NCBI GenBank assembly: GCA_965644265.1
Contig: OZ286467.1
Coordinates: 45,818,001-45,882,000 of the forward strand
Length of the DNA: 64,000 nucleotides
From: Glycera tridactyla
Lineage: Eukaryota
Direction: 5' to 3'
Shown here in pieces: positions 61,193-64,000 of this stretch. The notes beneath the pieces were generated by a model. It was not told where the DNA came from and searched no databases. It saw only the letters and a list, made by a program, of their open reading frames with translations. Every line of letters starts with the position of its first letter. The stretch's first letter is position 1. The translations under genes were made by a program, and so were the position numbers.

Positions 61193-62185
61193 GAGTCTGT
61201 CAGCTAGGGTAGGTGATGGTGTACATCAGCGAGCACCTCCCCAAGATGAACGCAAGAGGTAGATCGAAAGGAGGACCACCTTCACTAAGTACAGCAGACA
61301 GCAGGCAAGGCAGTGAGCACACAGCATGAGGCAGCGGAGGCAGGCAGCAGCTCTCCACCTCCACCCAGTGCTGCAGATCCATCAAGACACACACATACAC
61401 CAACTCCACCAAGCTAGGCCAGGGAAACAGAATGTGTATGTGTGTGTTGTGTGTATGAATGCAACATTGAGTTGGGAGAATTTGTTTGCTAGTGTTTGAT
61501 GTTTAAGTGCTTTTCATGCTGTTCGTGATTCTTCCGCAACTTGATTAGCGGTTGGTCAAAGCATGAACTTTATGTATGCAGTATACAGTGTATCTCACAC
61601 TGATACTGTGGAGCACTCGCTGATAAAAGACTTCGTTAATACTCTTGTGTGGTTTAGAGAGTATTTGGCCAAAAGATGTCAACATGTAGCACATGTGACA
61701 AGCTGCACAGACAATTAATAGTTATTCATTTCAAAAATCCCAGCTTCCTAAGGATAGTCATCAATGCAAGAAGGTACTTTGTGAATGTATGTATCATTTC
61801 TGAGTGGTCAGTTGAAAATTGGCATACCCTGATCACCATGAATAAGTATCTGAAAATCCAACACAATTTTTCTGCATCCCTCATCCGCTGCAACCGCATC
61901 AAGGCTGGCAAACTGCCATCCTTGAAAACACCTACATTCATATTGAGCTACCATGCTTCAGTTGATTTACGGAATGTGTGTACATGCATGCGCATGTGTG
62001 TGTGTATGTGTGTGTGTGTGTGTACATGTGAGTATGTGTGTGTGTATGTGTGTGTATGTGTGTGTCACTGAGAAAATGTGTGTGAATGTGAGTGCCAGGT
62101 TTCGTTATACATTGACTTCTGGGGGTAACACACTGCCAGTGCTCTGGCTTAACTGCATCCATAGTGAGTCCATTTTTAGTGGATC

Positions 62186-62270
62186 CGCCATGGTGTAGAG
62201 GACAAGAGCGCTGGCAGTTTGTTGCAGGCGAGGGTGCCAAACTGGAAGGTTGATGGTTCAAATCCCATAC
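62186..62270 (+). mobile_element. tRNA-derived SINE head (Pol III A and B boxes)
   Basis: A-box-like TGGTGTAGAGG at 62191 and B-box GGTTCAAATCC at 62255-62265. It does not fold as a complete tRNA cloverleaf by eye. Confidence 0.55.
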
Positions 62271-62368
62271 AAGCCAAAACTAATTTGGGCGTTTGGAACA
62301 CATTTCATGGAAATGTTGCCAGTACAATCTGGAAATATGTTTCTGACATGATTTCTATCACTAAGAAA

Positions 62369-62369
<1 letters not shown>

Positions 62370-62418
<49 letters not shown>
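62370..62418. repeat. (TG)n microsatellite
   Basis: Direct reading of the sequence. Confidence 0.99.
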
Positions 62419-62420
<2 letters not shown>

Positions 62421-63783
62421 CTAATTATGAGCCGTCAAAATAATCGAAAATAGTTGTGTTGGAATGAACTCCTATTGGCAGGGCCTATGTTTCCCATTAG
62501 GAATTTCCGAGCTTGAGATCAGGGTTTGCAATAATATAGTATACATAAAATTATTCCCACTGAATTCTTCTTCAAGATAGGATACTTTTCACGTTATTTG
62601 ACCACAGATGTTAGAATAAGATGTATTTCAATGGAGAATGTCTAGAAACAGTCCAACATTATCACTGCGTGGTTGAATTCTATAAACTGAGAAACAATAT
62701 AGGTCTGACCACACTTCTTCATCTATTGGGATCGCCTGACTAATCATATTCTTGCGCCAGCTAAATGAGTAATGCACATATTGGTAAACATGTCAACCTG
62801 AATTCTGATAATAATTCGTATTTGTCATAAACCAGTCTGTCCGAGGTGCCCTGAAGGAGATCGGTGCTCTATGGATAATGTATGTAGTATTAGTATCCGG
62901 GAGAATAAGGCATCGTAGCTTAGACATATCACTGCTGCCCTGAGTACCCAACATAGGTATTCCAACCACCCTGTTTCATCTATCTTATTATATTAATTAT
63001 CATACCAGATCTATCTATGTTGTCTTCGTAGCAACTTCAACAGTACATCAGTTATATTAAGCTGCATTATACCTTGATCACTTAATGTATATATCCATCA
63101 GTTTTCCCCACTAGTATCACTTTATGATTGCCAAATTGCAATGTTAAGTGTGTATTACTCTGCTGTGCTACATTACACTGATTGGAGGAGATATGTCGAC
63201 TTGGTGACCGTTCCATGTTGAGGTAGAATGAAATTATCTTACTCTTACTCTTATTCTTATTCTACATCATTACCTAGGCAGTAGGCAATTATATCTGCGA
63301 AGGAAGGTGGTAAGGTGCTCGAAATTCAGATAAGTTGAAAGCATTCAAAGGCCTAGAAGATTAGCACGAGGTTGGCCCCGTGGAGTGCCACTTTATGTTC
63401 AACGATACATCAGTGCGGTATTTTTCCCTGCAAGGACAGAAGAAAAAAGTCCAAACATACTGAACCGATTGGAAATCCACATGGATACACCAATCTAGTA
63501 GAGTTGGAAGATAGCATCCCACTCTCAAAAGTGAGGCTCGCATCAACTAAATAGCAAGAAAAATGTCCAAAGTGGTTTAAATCACCATCACAGAGGAAGC
63601 GAAATGATTTAAAGTTAAAGTTAAATATCTGTCAAAGACAGTGGTCACGAAGTGAACAGCAATCTCAGTGCATGATGTTTGTCGCGTGATGTTTGAATAG
63701 ACGGTGGTGTTTTCACGGGGGCGGTTTAAGACAGATTACAGTAACACATGGCCAATAACTAGCCTACAAGAAGCACGAGCCTC

Positions 63784-64000
63784 ATGGAGAATACTCCAAG
63801 CAAATATTGTGCCAATGACATTGACCACAACGAAATAGTAAGAGCAGCACAGGAACTTGGATTTTTTGGCGATCCTGGGGATACGTTGAACAACAAGATG
63901 GCTTCCACTCCCAACACTGAGAGTACCAGTCACGAAAAGAGGGACAATATTGAGTTCTCTCCCAAGGATGTAATGGACCGCAAACCCATTAAGCTAGGAG
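63784..64000 (+). CDS. Open frame running off the window edge (MENTPSKYCANDIDHNEIVRAAQELGFFGDPGDTLNNKMASTP...); product unknown
   Basis: ATG at 63784 with an in-frame TAG 8 codons upstream and 72 codons open to the end of the window. No recognised motif. Confidence 0.25.
   Translation, partial: MENTPSKYCANDIDHNEIVRAAQELGFFGDPGDTLNNKMASTPNTESTSHEKRDNIEFSPKDVMDRKPIKLG

Overview
This is animal (metazoan, probably marine invertebrate) genomic DNA from a gapped assembly. It is roughly 40% GC by eye, rich in microsatellites, and has ten short N-gaps. It is not prokaryotic, and I found no CRISPR array, rRNA or intact tRNA. The one gene I could fully build is a 6-exon alpha-arrestin (ARRDC family) on +: join(26041..26164,32929..33066,44290..44501,50389..50571,51076..51261,52664..52879), 1059 nt, 352 aa. 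All five introns are GT-AG with matching phases. Unusually for the family, its C-terminal tail has no PPxY motif. The rest of the window is mostly mobile DNA: one young 5'-truncated L2/CR1-group LINE with an open RT frame just upstream of the arrestin, several decayed LINE fragments, a decayed Academ-like transposase, two MITEs with intact ends, and a SINE-like family that twice forms tail-to-tail inverted pairs. The best leads for follow-up are (1) a ~245-bp segment present twice in opposite orientation that starts at a splice-acceptor-like site and is still an open frame antisense inside arrestin intron 2, (2) an orphan minus-strand first-exon candidate at 8131-8338, (3) the PY-less arrestin tail, (4) a ~537-bp MITE with an ambiguous 6/8-bp TSD, (5) about ten-fold enrichment of TGACGTCA, and (6) a fossil 33-bp codon-like repeat. 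I cannot demonstrate a new biological system from the sequence alone; these are hypotheses with stated tests.
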